Source: Leptogorgia sarmentosa (Eukaryota). Taken from it: a DNA stretch of 64,000 nucleotides. The stretch is from contig OZ210885.1 of NCBI GenBank assembly GCA_964658305.1, forward strand, positions 6,014,001 to 6,078,000, given 5' to 3'. Below the pieces are notes generated by a model, which made no database searches, was not told the DNA's origin, and worked only from the letters and a program-made list of their open reading frames with translations. The position numbers and the translations under genes are program-made. Of the stretch, positions 48,271 to 62,230 are shown in pieces; position 1 is the stretch's first letter, and the number at the start of each line of letters is the position of its first letter.

Positions 48271-50345
48271 CTTTCTCCTTCTGCCTGGCGCGTGGTTGAA
48301 ACTGCCTATGGGGGTGCAGATGGACATAATTTAGACCTAATGGCGCTCGATTCAAATGTGCAACATCAAGGCCGACCGTTGCGACATTTGACGCCATACC
48401 CCACGCCAAATTCTGCAGGGGTTAATGTATTTAACCAGGATTTAACTATGTGTGATGGCTCGGTGGTGAATGCTTACGCTTTTCCCCTGTTTTCTCTGGT
48501 TGGACCCTTGCTTCGGTTTATTGTTGCTAGCCAGGCCGTCGTGACAGTCGTTGTTCCGAAGTTTTTTCCAGTTCCGTTCTGGTGGCCGGTCATCCCACAC
48601 CGCCTCGAGCAGTTGCACCCTCGTTGCTCCTCGACACGCGGAGGAGGCGTTGCTCGTCCCTTCCAAGCACGGTTTTAAGCCCCAATCTATAAATTTCCAG
48701 TTATGGGCTTTTCGCGTCTCGGGAACCCGTAATTGACTCCGCCTTTATGTCACACTCTTTTAGCCACTCCCCTTGGCGATGAGACTGTTTGTGGCGTCTG
48801 TGGCCTGCCCAAGCTGTTCGTACCCGAACGACAAGGACTTCCGATTCTGCCAGCGGTGTTGATACCAACATCAACGACAACAACCAGCCGCCTATTAATG
48901 CTCGTGCTCTCGACGAGAGACATCGTGAACTCTTGTCTCGGGAAAACTCTTCTCCCTACGCACGACAGAAGAGTGCGTTAGAAAAAGAATTTCTGGCGTT
49001 TCCACAGGGTCTCTCATCAGGACGGGACTTTACCACCGCCACTCTTAAGGATGTCATCCAATTCTTCATTTGGAAGGACACATTCGGCAAAACCGTAGTT
49101 TTCACCGAATCCAGTGCGCACACCTCGGCGACAAACGTTTTCACACATGTGGTTGTCCGAAATGCCTGGCGTTTTGGGACCGTGGACTCTCTGGTGGGCA
49201 AGCTCAGTACTTATTCAATAAATTGGGCAGGACGGTGGACGATACGTGTTTGCCCGGTTATGGCAATCCCGCTTCCTCACAAGAAGTCCACCGTTATGTC
49301 AAGATGGTTCGAGAGGAGCAATTAAATGCACAAGTCGTCCCGACTAAGGCTGAGCCGGTGTTTCTTCGGGATTTACTGGCTATATGTAACGTAATCTTTA
49401 CCAGGATGCAGCAACCTTTGTCACCGATTCAGCTGTACGTTGCTTCGCGTGATCAGGCATTCTTCAAGTGTCAGTTTTTCGACGGTGATCGGGCCGGGGA
49501 TTTGACTAAGGTCAAAACGAAATCGCTTCTGTACCTTCCACGGAAAGAAGGATTATTATTCAATCACACCCTAACCAAGTCTTTCCGGCAAGGCACACCC
49601 AATGTTTTCGCTCTTAAGCGTCACCATGATCTGCGTATTTGTCCAGTGACCGCTATTGAAGCCTATGTTAAATTATGCGACCTCATGCATATACTGATCG
49701 TTAGCTTTGGCAGGCGTTGAGTTGCCGACCATCATGGATCATGCTGGTTGGCGCACATCTGCCACACCGAATCATTATATTAAACTTCAGCAGGTTTTGT
49801 CCCGGGGTGGAGCCAGTGAAATCCTGTCCCACATCGCTTTGGGCACAACAGAACGAAATTTCCGGATTTACTCAAGCATTTTAGCCGATTACATTTTTAT
49901 TTGGTGCAGGCTCCAGGCCTTCAATTGGCCCATATCTTGGATCGCGAAGTGACGATACCACCACCATGAGTAATCTCGTCCTTACACGATTTCTTATATG
50001 CCATGTTAAATATATTTGGAGATGTGTGCTCCACAGCAAGATTATATCTGGATCGCAGTCACCTGTCTATCAATCTCATATTGTCACCGATGGGCCAGAA
50101 CCTTCAATTGTGCTTCGTAGGGAGAGGTGCTGGTATTAATCGTACTGAGAGGGTGGAGGAACCATCGAAACGGTTACTGAGAGTGGGGGGAGAATAATGG
50201 CGGTCAGAGTTGGGGATAATAATGGGATAAGGTTGGGACTGGCGAGAGGTTACAGGTTAAGAAGAAGGAGGAGATAGTTTACCCAAAGGGATTGCGCAGT
50301 CAGGGTCTAAGCCCCATATCTAAATGCTAATGAGGAAGTAGGAGG
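48271..50345 (+). mobile_element. DIRS-group retrotransposon 3' part: methyltransferase-like domain and tyrosine recombinase, decayed
   Basis: HNLDLMALDSN..GVNVFNQDL..NAYAFP..VVVP..WWP; YR: DVIQFFIWKD, FGTVDSLVGKL, FF.GDRAGDL, ICPV, IMDHAGW....NHY; purine-rich terminal tract. Confidence 0.78.
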
Positions 50346-50559
50346 GATATACTATACTATATTACAAAGAATCTCTCGAACGCACTTGTACAGAAGATAA
50401 TGTCTCTTTCGATAGCGCTAAAAATCGTACCAAAGAAACAAGTGTTGACGTTGATGGATATTCAAATGCACAGGAAACATGGGGAAAGAAAGATCCAGCT
50501 ATCCCCCAAGTTAGGTCAATTTCAACAGTATCCATCGTTTCCACTCAGCCAAACACCTG

Positions 50560-51200
50560 ACACAAGAAGAAAAAGAAAAGTGGACATTCATTTTTCGAAT
50601 TGCTGCATAATGGTGAGAAAAAGAATAGGTCGAAAGAAAGACGCAAAATACCTTACCTTGCAAAAGAGGCTGGTGAAATATGGTGCAATCTGCCGATGGA
50701 AGATAAAAGAAAATTCCAAGGTAAGACAAATAAGAATGACGTGTTGAAACGAAAGAGAACTCCGCGATCCTGTAGCGGTGAAGAAAATAAAAGTAAGCAA
50801 AGAAATGCAAGTAAACCTATAGATGACACACAGATGCGAATGACTTTATGTGCGTCAAAAACGTCCCATGTTCGAATTGCATTCTTTAATTCCATGCCTC
50901 AAACTATGACGATAGTTTTCAAACGATTTGTGAACAACGATAATCTTTGGCAGAAGAATGATACGAACGTTCAATTACCAACGCATTTCAATATTTCATG
51001 TACAAATATTATCCCAGAATACAGATTATCCTCATGTGCTGTTCATTATGGTTCACAATTAGAAAGTGGTTACTATAGTGCTGTTGTTTTCAAAGGCGAT
51101 GAAGTGTATGAAATCAGTGACACCAACTGACCAACACAAAAGATATCTCGTTCTCTTGGCAAAATAATGTTGCACCATATGTGTATTTGGCATTCTACAG
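50560..51200 (+). pseudogene. HMG-box-like segment followed by peptidase C19 (USP) C-terminal fragment
   Basis: LAKEAGEIWCNLPMEDKRKF (HMG helices 2-3); PQTMTIVFKRF..KND..V..P..YRLSSCAVHYGSQLESGYY..V..ISD..YVYLAFY (USP His-box region). Confidence 0.6.
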
Positions 51201-51239
51201 TTTAGTTGAAAGGAAGACCGAAGATAAATCTCAAACTGT

Positions 51240-53720
51240 CAGGGAGCGGCATCGGGTGGCGCGGCAACCAAGGACGATTCTGTGCCATGCCCTGACCCAG
51301 GGTCACAGAGCTCTGTGGTTGATAGCCTGACTCAGGCCTTTACTCCACAAAAAATCACATCACCCCCAATGAGACACAGGTTGCTGCTCTCATTAATAAC
51401 ATGCTTGTGGGGGGTCTATCGGCCGAAATGGTCAAGGAAAGGGTGGAGAAACATCCACCCCCAGAAAATTGTGAAAATTTGGCTGTGACTACGGTCAATA
51501 AAAAAGTTTGGGACCTGCTACCAAGGCGGAGTAGGTCTGTAGATCTGGCCTTCCAAGCAGTCCAAGCAACCATGTTACAAGGAACAGCGGCCTTAACCAA
51601 TTTGGTTGGCAGCTTAGTGGCAAAGATCGCCAATAGTGTCACACCAAATACATGTGATTTACTTACCCATATCATGGATAGTATTGCATTGCTTGGCAAT
51701 GCGAATTGGAAGCTCAATATGAAAAGGTGGAAACTGATCAAGCCTGATCTGAACCCTCCATTTACCCGCTTATGTCGGGAAGAGATCAAGCCTACCTTAA
51801 AATTGTTTGGTGATGATCTTCCCAAACATACGAAAGATATGCCACCAAAGTTGGTAAACAGATGCAGAAGCACTCCCAAGATCATCGGGGGTCCGCACAG
51901 TCTCTCAGAGGGAGGTACAGCCGCTATAGGCCATATGATCGAGAGAAAAGGCACAGTAACAAATCCACTGGACGGCAGCCTTTTTTAGGCTGGGGCTTGT
52001 CAGCAACAAAAGCCTCGTTTCGGACAAAGAATCGAGGCACCAACCACAAAACCCAGTGACCCCTACAAGTAGTGAGGCGAGTAGCCCTGAGCCTAGCAGC
52101 AAGCCTGCTGTATTTAGTAATGCTAATCTGATTTATGCTGGGCAGCCTAAGAACCACCTGCATGCCTGGCAATCATTGACTTCTGATTCTATTATTCTTG
52201 ATGCAGTACAAAATTATCACATTGAGTTTAAATCTCAGGTGCCGAAGCAGGTTATTGAGCCCCAGCAAATCAATTGTTCAACTGGGGATAAAGACATAGG
52301 CGTACGAGGGGGTGGGGCTGGGGGGGCTGCAGCCCCCCCAAATTTTTTGAGAATTCATCTATTCGGGCAAAAATTGTCTTGTCATTCGGGCAGCGACGGT
52401 CTGGTGATTAGATAAAATGTTGTTACGTTTGTAACTTTCTCTTTCTCTGTAAATCGTAATGAGTATATTTAGCTTATAATTGAAATGGCTAGGGACGACA
52501 TATTTTCTTTATATCAATCTTCAAAGGAAAGCTTTTCATTTATAGTATTCTCAGATTATATAATATTATGACGTCACGAAATCTATGACGTCATATGTAA
52601 TTCGGGCAAATTCAGCCCAGCCCCCCCCAAAAAAATGTGCCCGTACGTCTATGGATAAGGACATTATTTAGCAGGAAATATCTACGTTACTGTTAACTTA
52701 ACTTTTTGTACTTCCAAAAAAGATGGCAGTTATCGGATGATTTTGAATCTGCGACAATTGAATGAATATGTTGTTTACCAACATTTTAAAATGGATAATA
52801 TCCATACAGCCTTAAGGCTGGTAGGATATTATCTTACCTTCATGGCGTCTGTGGATTTAAAAGACGCTTATTATTCTGTGGCCATTGCATCAGAACATAG
52901 GCAGTTCCTTATGTTTAAGTGGGAGAACAAGTATTATCGATATACTTGTTTGCCCAATGTACTGGCTTGCGCGCCAAGATTGTTTACGAAAATTCTAAAA
53001 CCTATCTATGCCCATTAATAGGGCATATTAGTATGGGTCATATTGATGATAGTTTTCTAGTGGGGTATACCCACAGTGCTTGCCAACAGAATGTTACGGA
53101 TACTGTTGCTACCTTTACCAAGTTGGGATTCGTAGTTCATCCCCTTAAATCAGTGCTTATACCCACACAGGAACTGGAGATTTTGGGGTTTCTGATTTAT
53201 TGTGTTAATATGACTATAGGTCTCCCAGGCGGAACACGTTAGCACATCCTGTAAGAGCTTGTTTAGGACTTCTGCTTTTACTATTAGAGAATTAGCACAT
53301 GTTATTGGATTACTTGTATCAAGTTTTCCAGGGGAACAATTTGGGCGACTCCACTATCAGCATCTTGAGTCCGATAAAGTGGATGCATTAAAACGCTCTA
53401 AGGGAAATTATGATTCTTCGCTAGACTGTCACAGGAATCTTACACTGAGCTCGAATGGTGGATAGATAACATAATGTCGGCATTTTGTCCTATCAGATAT
53501 GAGCACCCTGATTTGACCCTCACAATGGATGCGTCCACCAAGGGTTGGGGAGCAGAGACCTCAGACAATCGTACAGGTGGCCTGTGGAATCTGCAAGAGC
53601 AAAAGTACCACATTAACTACTTGGAGTTAAAAGCAGTATTGCTAGGACTTCAGTCCCTATGTAGGGATGTTTCCAACAAACATCAGATAACACTACCACT
53701 GTAGTATACATCAATGCTAT
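51240..53720 (+). mobile_element. Second DIRS-type retrotransposon: gag-like ORF, RT and RNase H, decayed
   Basis: KHPPPENCENLAVTTVNKKVW; RMILNLRQLNEYV..HFKM, SVDLKDAYYSV, APRLFTKILKP, HIDD; DASTKGWG, HINYLELKAV, DNTT. Confidence 0.88.
52295..52653. mobile_element. MITE with 8-bp TSD (hAT or P-type) inserted in DIRS RT
   Basis: TIR cataggcgtacg / cgtacgtctatg; TSD GATAAAGA / GATAAGGA. Confidence 0.85.
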
Positions 53721-54109
53721 GACGTATTGAAATCAACTTCATTGCGTCGAAGACTCGTGTAGCTCCTTTAACACCTGTGAGCATTCCTCAAAATTTGTAT
53801 GGTGAACTAGCACTAGTTGAAGGACGTGTATCTTGCTGAACAAAATTTAAACTGTAATTGTATAGGGACATACGAACTCGTTTGGAAAACTAATAAACAG
53901 ATGCAACTAATCGTTTAATTTTAAACATTTTTTTATTGTAACTATAATATTAATGTGTATTTTTAATAAAAGTTCTCACTTGTGTATGGAAGTAGGCTGG
54001 CTTTTTTGTTTTATTTACTCTTAGTTGCTAGCAGCAGTTTTAGGATTACAATTGTCTTTGACTATCTTAGAAGCGTTGGAAATTCCTATCTCCATGTTAC
54101 GAGATGCAC

Positions 54110-54830
54110 ACAAGGCTGCACACTTAATCTCCAGTAAATTATGGTGGCAAGGTCCCACGTTTCTGCAAAAGAGCAAAGGAGAGTGAAGGAAATTATGAAA
54201 AAGTGGTCGTTGACAGCAAGATAGAGACAGCATTGTTTTGTACGTGGCAGCCTACCAAGGTATCTAGTGACGGCGAGTGGAGGTTGGATCCAACACGATG
54301 GTCCAACTGGGAACGTTTAAACGTGGGTGTTAAGATTTGTTCAATAATTGTCGTACCAAGTCTAAGACAATAGAACAAACTATGCTAAGACTCTCAGAGG
54401 TAGTTAAAGATGCAGAACTTTACTTTGTTCGAGAGGTGCAAAGAACCTGTTTCAATGAGTATGCAATCATCCGAGAAGGAAAGCCATTACCATCAAAGAG
54501 TAGTTTACAAAAGCTAATGCCAAAATGGATGGTCGGCTATGCAAAATTTTTGCCATATGAATTTCGTTTCCCAGTGATCCTACTGTGGGGTAGTTTGGTG
54601 ACCAAGTTGATAATCGGAAAACATGTTCTGGGCACAAACCATACTTTGGCAAATCTTAGTAACAAGTACTGTATAGAAGCGCCAAGGGAAGAAATACGAG
54701 CATGGGAGAAAGAATGTAATGAATGTAAGAGAAGAAATGCAAAAGCAGTCAATCAAGTTATGGCTCCACTTCTGTTAATCAGACTACAGCCGCCAATTAA
54801 GAGCCTTTTCTTGGGTATCAGTTGATTTTA
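54110..54830 (+). mobile_element. Second BEL/Pao pol fragment, heavily decayed
   Basis: LWWQGPTFL, LDPTRWSNWERL, AE..F.RE.Q, GTNHTLANL..KY, CNECKRR.AK...Q.MAPL. Confidence 0.75.
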
Positions 54831-56309
54831 TTTTATTGTAGTATAAAAAAAATTATGAAAAAATTGTCGTTAATCAATCCCTGATGTATGTTCATTGGTA
54901 TTTGTGTTATGATTGAGTTGGCCGAGGAAAAGGTATTTGTGTTGTGATAAAGTTGTTACGTCAACACTTTTTATATATGTTGTTTTAGATCGAGCAAGAT
55001 GGAAACCACTCATGGCCCTGTCAACCTTGTGTTTACACCAACTTTGTTTTATTATGTGAAGATCTATATTGTCAAATTCAGGAATTAAGTTGCAGATGTT
55101 TCCGCTATGAAGGTGTTCATGTTGGGAACACTAAATAAGGTTTAAAATTACGGTTTGACAGCAAACTAAAAAAATGTTTGCAGATTTATAATATCCACGG
55201 AAGTAGTTCATAGTATGGGCTATGGCTATTTTTGTTCATGACAACCCATACTTGTTTTCTAGATTTATCGCAGATACTCCCTAGCTAAATTTCTTATCCA
55301 TACGAATAACTGCAAACAATGTTGAACAATGACACATCGCTATAATCGGGATAATTTTTGCTTAAAGATGGAAAGGATATCGGTAGAATTTGTGAGGCTC
55401 CCCCCGGAGTTTACACTATGAATGAATCGCTGAATGACTGATGTGAATTTTCGCCCCTCGCCACAAGGGTTAAGTTAAACTTTGCACTAAAAAGGAATCA
55501 ACAATTTCAGTTTCCTCTGATAACAAGAAATTAATGAGCCATTATTCACAGCAAAAAGATCAAGAGGACGAGAGCAAGATAACCTCTGGGTTGTTATCAA
55601 ATTAAATATAAATATATTGGTAATAAATATAAAAATATATAAATGCTTACACTGTGTTTATTATTCATATTAAAACTAACATGCACAACCACAACTACCG
55701 CCATTTCATCAGCATTTCCCTCTACACCGCCTCTCCCACAACGCATACAGTTCCTAATGCTGCTGACAACAGTTCTACATTTTTTAAATTAATTTGATAA
55801 TTATTATACTATAAGACATTTGGACATATACTATAAGATATTTGGAACGGTCGTTGGATTATAATATATTTTATATCATTTGTAATGAAATTAGAAGTAA
55901 TAATGAACTATTATACTCATCACCATTGAGATACTCAGTGATATACTAATAATATTAACTGAGTATGCGAGGCGAGTGAGTGATCTTCTACGTGGACTGT
56001 AGAAAGAATACTGCTGATGTATGTAACTGGTTACCGTTTTGTCGATATGGAAACACTGAATGACGTTTTTCTGCAAAAGGTGTGCAAAGAATTGTGATTC
56101 GGCTGGCCTTGTGTTAAAAGAAAACCCATGTGAATGAAAAGGTAGTGCTACTCATCTTCGGATATGCTGTCAAGCATGTGGATGTGTTTATACATTCTAC
56201 ACTTCAAAAAAGTCCAGCATTCATTTGATGAGAACAAGAGATTTGTTTATACCATGAGGAGTACAGGACAAGGACATGCATCAACGAAGAGTTTTTGTGG
56301 CTTTATGAA

Positions 56310-57163
56310 CATGGTATCCAGGTTACAACTAACCTAAAATGGAACCATCATGTGGCAGCTGTATCTGCCAAAGCCAATAAGATGTTGGGGTTTGTTAAGA
56401 GGTCCTGCCATGGTATTCAGGATGTACCTGTCCGTTACGCTCAGTATACCAGCTTAGTGAGAAGTCAACTGGCATACTCTTCAAGGATGGGCTCTGCAAA
56501 CAGTCAGCCTGATACTCAGTATTAAGAGAGTACAGCAACAAGATTTATTTTATCGCTCTCCTACAAATCTCCCCTCAGTTACAAAGACAGACTCTTGATA
56601 ATCAGACTTCTACCTCCAACATATTGGCACAAGTACCTGGACCTAACATATCTATACAAACAACTCCATAACTCTTCTGATCCACATATCTCCACTAAAC
56701 AATCTGGTCGCCCTATGAGACTGAAGAACCCAACTGGAAATCACCAGATCACTTTGAACATCCCAAAAGCCAAACACACTAACTTTTCAAAACAGCTTCC
56801 ACTGCAGGACTCCCAGAATATTCAACTCTCTGCCAGGTCAACTACGCAATTTAAAACTGGACTTCTCGATTATTACCATAATTTATATTATGTTTATAAT
56901 ATAAATTACTATTATATTATATTATATTACCATTCCGCAAACTTTTAAAACTGTGTGTGTAAAGTGTCATTCGTGTCATCCATCAACTAGTCTTAGTGTA
57001 AAGTTATGTTGCTGAAATAACTGTATCGCACTGTGTCATGTATACTGTAATATTTGTGTCATATGTAACTATGTAATTATAGGAAAAAAGGGCACTGCAT
57101 AATTCAAGTTCATCTCTGTTATTGCCTTCCGGAAATGTTAAAGTTTGTAAATAAAATAAAAAC
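56310..57163 (+). mobile_element. CR1/L2 LINE 3' fragment, decayed
   Basis: GIQVTTNLKWNHHV..KANKMLGFVKRS, Y.SLVRSQLAY; A-rich tail near 57150. Confidence 0.8.
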
Positions 57164-57599
57164 AAGACGCTCCAGGGAGCGTTAACTCGCTGGGCATACA
57201 CAAATAGGGACCATATATACATTATACTGTATATCATAGAAATTCGGATTATAATTATTCGGATTTAGTATTATGATCGACGTGCACCGGTGAAAAACCC
57301 ATTAAACACGCTACCACAAAAGGTGCAGAGTTAGACACAATTCAAAATACATAGACATTCTGAACAAGTACAATTTGTTCAAAATTTTCACCAAATTGTT
57401 CAAAACACTTTGAAAGATCCGCCATTCTGAAAATGTCATTAGGTCAAGCGGCCGAGGCTGCCGAGCGGCCATTGGTTGAAGCAGCTCATTAATATTCAGT
57501 TTTATGGCTAAAATTTTCAGAACAGAGCCGAAAACTATACGTGCTTGGGTGCCCCAGCGAGTAATAAATGCCACCTCGCCTGCATTACAAAGCCTAAAA

Positions 57600-57800
57600 T
57601 GCCCCTAATGTTGCACAAAGACCATGAAAGATGCTGTAAAGTCCTGTCTCTTGCAATGGTACATGGCAAAGACACGGTCATTCATCGTTGAACGGTTGTG
57701 TTACAATCTTGTCAATAGAAATGGGCAAATGCTTAGAAATTGAAGTCCTCTCGAAAGTTTGCTATAGATGTCAAAAGATTGAAGGAGAATCTGATGAAGT
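57600..57800 (+). mobile_element. Kolobok-like transposase fragment (first catalytic region)
   Basis: CNGTWQRHGHSSLNGCVTILSIEMGKCLEIEVLSKVCYRCQK matches the DGTWQxRGHSSLNG motif; family name is my inference. Confidence 0.6.
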
Positions 57801-58949
57801 CAGAAAGCAGATATTCTAGAAAAGCAAATATTTTAGAAAAGCACACTGGAAAGTGTAAAATGAGAGTGCAAAACTACAGAGTGTATAAAAAGTGTAAAAT
57901 GAAAGTGTAAAACTACAGAGTGTATAAAAAAACGCAATCCAAGTTTAAGGCTTTATAACCAAAATAATATAGATTTCCATGTGTTAACTTTAGTTGATGT
58001 TTTAGCCCTATCTTTTTTCTACTCAAAGTGGTCGATTGTGACTTTTTAGGCCATTAAGAACTTCGAATTCGACGTTCTTAATTCCAAAGGGGACGTTATC
58101 GTTGCATGCGAATATTTTGTTAGAAATATCAAATTCAAATTTAACAAACAAGCACTCTTAAGAAAGCGGAATGATGAAAATTGCATTTGAATGTAGGATT
58201 GCATTTTTTTATACACTCTGTATAGAGGGTCTGCGTCATCAATGGAAACGAAAGGCATCAAGAAGAAACCCGTAAACTCCAATACACAGAATACTTTGAC
58301 AATGGCAACAGCAAGGAATACAATGAGGTGGAGAACTGCTATAAAGGTGTTCATGTTGGGAAGGAAGAATTTTAATTTAATTTGTCTTCGCCATGTGAAC
58401 ATTTACATCAATTATCACGGAATGATAAATATCATTATATATATTCACAATACGTTCAGCACCAGATCATTTGGGGAATTGTTTGGTGGCGTGATGGAGC
58501 TCTTGAAGTGTCTTTTCCTTGTATTGGTTCTAAATAATGTCGCAACTGAGTCATCACATTCTCATGAACATGACGACGCTTTTTCATAACAGAAAATTGC
58601 ACTGTGATTAGGGATTAACAGCACTGAATTCGGGGGTCGGGGGGGGGGGGGTGCCCCCCCTTTTCGGGGCCACGAGGGAAATTTTGAAGGTCAAAAGTAA
58701 TACTTCTGGCTCTACTCTTTTTGGCGCCTTTGAGTTGTCACAGCTCCAAATTTATAGAATTTGTAAAAGAGTATGTCATCTTGTTTTCTACTTACATTTA
58801 ATTCAATTTCATGTATTGTCTTGTGTATAATATCAGGGAGTGTCGGGGGACTGAACCCGTGCGCGACCTGAACGCACTGGGAACGAGATTGGTTGCACGG
58901 CCATTTTTTTTTACCGAATTTAAATACGACTATACGAGCGCGGATAATT

Positions 58950-61936
58950 ATGGATATAAGGAACTTTTTCAAGCGTGGTGCTAATGAAGAATCCGTAGTT
59001 GATTCAAATACCAAGAAAAGCAAGTTTGTGGATGATTCGGAAGGATCTCAATGTTCGAGTGAACTCGTAAACTTAGATTTAGAGCTGTTGGAGGAGTCAG
59101 GGAGCACTGATGTCACTCATGACAGGCCATTGAGCGTGACTGAATGTACTGAGTACATAGAAGAGGACCAGGTAAACCAAGCTGATGTAGTGGAGGCTGT
59201 AGAACCTGTGGCTGTGGAGGTTACAAACACTGTCAATGACCCTAACACTGGTAAACACCAGCAGAATTTATACGGACATGAATCTATTTCATCATCATGT
59301 TTTGTTTTGACATTGGTCAAGTTTTGAAGAAGGAGAGTTTGTTGACTAAAACTCTAAAAAACATGACAGCAGAGCACAAGTATACCGTTCTGACAAATCA
59401 CTATCAACCACCAGAAAACTTCCAATTTCCAAAAAGCCAACTCCATGGATGTAGAAGGTCATGCAGCAAAACGTATCTCGACAGCAATTTTGTTTATAGT
59501 AAGAGCGAAGATTCTGTGTATTGTATTACTTGTGCTTTATTTGTCCCTGCTGACAAAAGGAATACAAATATGAACGTTTTTGTAAATGTTGGTTGTAAGC
59601 AGTGGCACCACATAAAAGAGAAAAAAGATCGTCATTGTGAAACTAGATACCACCAGAAAGCATTTCTTGATGCAGAAATGTTTAAAACAAGATTTGAGAA
59701 TCCCAAGCAAACCCTTCCAAATATCGTTGACAAAACTAAAAAGGATCGAGATGAGAAATATGCCAAGATTTTAGAGTATATTGCAAGGGCTGTTCATTTT
59801 TGTGGAAGACAGGGCATTGCATTGAGAGGTCATAGAATTGACCTGACTGACAACGATGTGAATCCTGGAAATTTCATTGCACTACTGGAAGAATTTGCAG
59901 AACACGATCCTTTGCTAAAAGGACACTTGGAAAATCCCCTACAAAAAAACGCTTGATACGTAAATTGGAAAAGTCAAAACGAGCTTATCGAGATAATTGG
60001 AAAGAAGATTATCCAAGCATCGATCATTGAAGAAATCAACAAATCTGGCTTCCATGCAGTACAAGCTGATGAGGTCACAGCGTCTAACAATGAAATACTT
60101 TCCATTTGTGTTCGCATTGTTGACGATGACAATAACATTCGGGAAGAGTTTTTAGAATTTATCGATCTTGACCGGGTCACTGGTGAAGTAATAGGGAACT
60201 CGATCATTAAGTTTGACCAAGAAGCATGACTTGAGGTTAGTGACCTGCGAGGGCAGTGCTATGATGGGGCAGCCAATATGCAGTCAGAAAAGAAAGGAGT
60301 TGCATCTGTAATTTTGAAAGTTGCTCCACGTTCTCCTGTTATGCACTGTAATAGCCACAATCTCAATCTTGTTCTGGCTTCGAGTTGTCAACTAACCACC
60401 ATACAGAACATTGTTGCAGAATTCAAAAGCTTGATCAATTTCTTCAACACAGCACCAAAGCGAGAGAGCCTTTTAGAGCACATAGTGCAGAAAAGTTGCC
60501 ATCATATCAATACTCGGAAAGTTCTAATTTCAATGTGCAAATTTCAATTTCTAATTTCAAATTTCATATGAACATTTTTATTTAGCGACACCCTTCATTG
60601 TGACAGCTTTTGAAGTCATCAATGGCTCATATGGCAACTTGGAAGAATTCGATCCTTTGTTTACCACTGGGTGGGATGCAGAAACCAAGGGCAAAGCAAC
60701 GTCATTCCTGAAATCAGTAACTGATTTTGGCTTCATCATTGGTACTGTTGCTCTCTACAGACTTCTCCATCCACTTGCCGGTATCACAAACAAGTTGCAG
60801 GGTCGGCCCATTGACATTGTCAAGGCTTACTTAGAGATTGATGAATCCATTACTGATCTGAAAGCTGTCAGGGATACCATTAACACTGAATTCAAATTAA
60901 TCTACAGTCAGGCTGAGAGATTGGCTGCAAAACTCGAAGTGGAACCACAGATTCCTCGGCTAGCCAAACGGCAGATGCATCGCGATAACCAACCAGCTAA
61001 GACGACAGAGGAATAATATCGAAGATCGTTGGCTATTCCTCTTGTAGACCATTTGATTTCACACATGGAGACCAATTTCAGCAAACTGACAAAGAAAGCT
61101 ACAAAACTGTTGTTTCTTGTCCCTTCTCTCATTTGTGACATTAACATTGACAAAACTGTCTTTGAAGATGCTATAAATCTTTACTGTGATGACCTGCCCA
61201 ATGAAAATGTTGTTGATATTGAGATTAGAATGTGGAAGAGGAAGTGGTGTGCAGTAGCTCCTGAACAAAGACCTGACTCTGTTGCCAAAGCTCTCAAACT
61301 TTGTGACCAAGAGAACTTTCCAAATCTTTTTGTGCTGCTGAAATTAGTTGCCACCTTCCCGGTTACCTCGTGTGAGTGTGAACGGAGCTTTTCGACGCTC
61401 CGCAGGCTGCGTAGCTACCTGAGAGCAAGCATGAGCACTACAAGGCTCACCTCACTTGCCTTGATGAATGTGAACTACGGTTCCAAGATTGACTACAAGA
61501 AAGTTGTGCGCCTATTCATGACACTCTGTCCAAGGAGGGTTAATGTGCCTAATTTGATATATGAATAAGTCATAACTGAAATGGTTGATATTCCTAAATC
61601 CTAATTTGCTAATATTGTTAACTTTCTGAACATTAAACTTTCTAAATATTTAAAGTACACCAGTACAGCTGTAGTTGAAATTTCTATTAAACAAAGTTTA
61701 CTTTATGTTGTCTTTTGTGCATTTTATATGATATTTTATAATCCTTATTATTCTGTAAAAACTCGCTCCAGAATGCTGCAAATGGCATTTCTCAGATTTC
61801 TCATTTCAGGAACTCTAGATTTCAAAATTTTCCGGGGGGCATGCCCCCGGACCCCCCTAGATGTCTCGCGCCTTTGGCGCTCGACCGCTTTACAATAAAA
61901 ACGACCCCCCTTTCTAAAATCCTGGTTGCGCCCTTG
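58950..61936 (+). mobile_element. hAT transposase pseudogene (ZMYM1/THAP12-like) with right terminus
   Basis: YS..ED.VYC..C..F (TTF zinc finger), GRQGIALRGH, GNFIALL, ADEVT, RGQCYDGAANM, HCNSHNLNL, FPNL..LL..TFPVTSCECERSFSTLRRLRSYLRASM..RL..LAL; several stops; right end cctggttgcgcccttg 61921-61936; left TIR not found. Confidence 0.9.
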
Positions 61937-62064
61937 TGTATAACCTCTGTAATAGAAAGTGGTTTAATAGGTTTGATAATAGGAATATTACCACAAAAGA
62001 CACAAATTTCATTACCCCATATCTCATTCAATAAAGAAAAAAAGAGAGAAACCTGAAAAGAGAA

Positions 62065-62230
62065 ACCCTGCACAACCATTGCCCCCAGAGCGTCCTGAGA
62101 GCTGGTGTCAGTATAAGCAAGCCCTTGCAAACAATACAAGGTTATAAAAGCAGGACCGGGTCTTCCTGACAACATTATTGCCCTAATCAAGTCTACCTGT
62201 CTCAGACTAAGTAATGATGACCTGCTAATG
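62065..62230 (+). mobile_element. Kolobok-like transposase C-terminal fragment
   Basis: LHNHCP..ESWCQYK..GPGLPDNIIALIK...RLSNDDLL. Confidence 0.55.
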
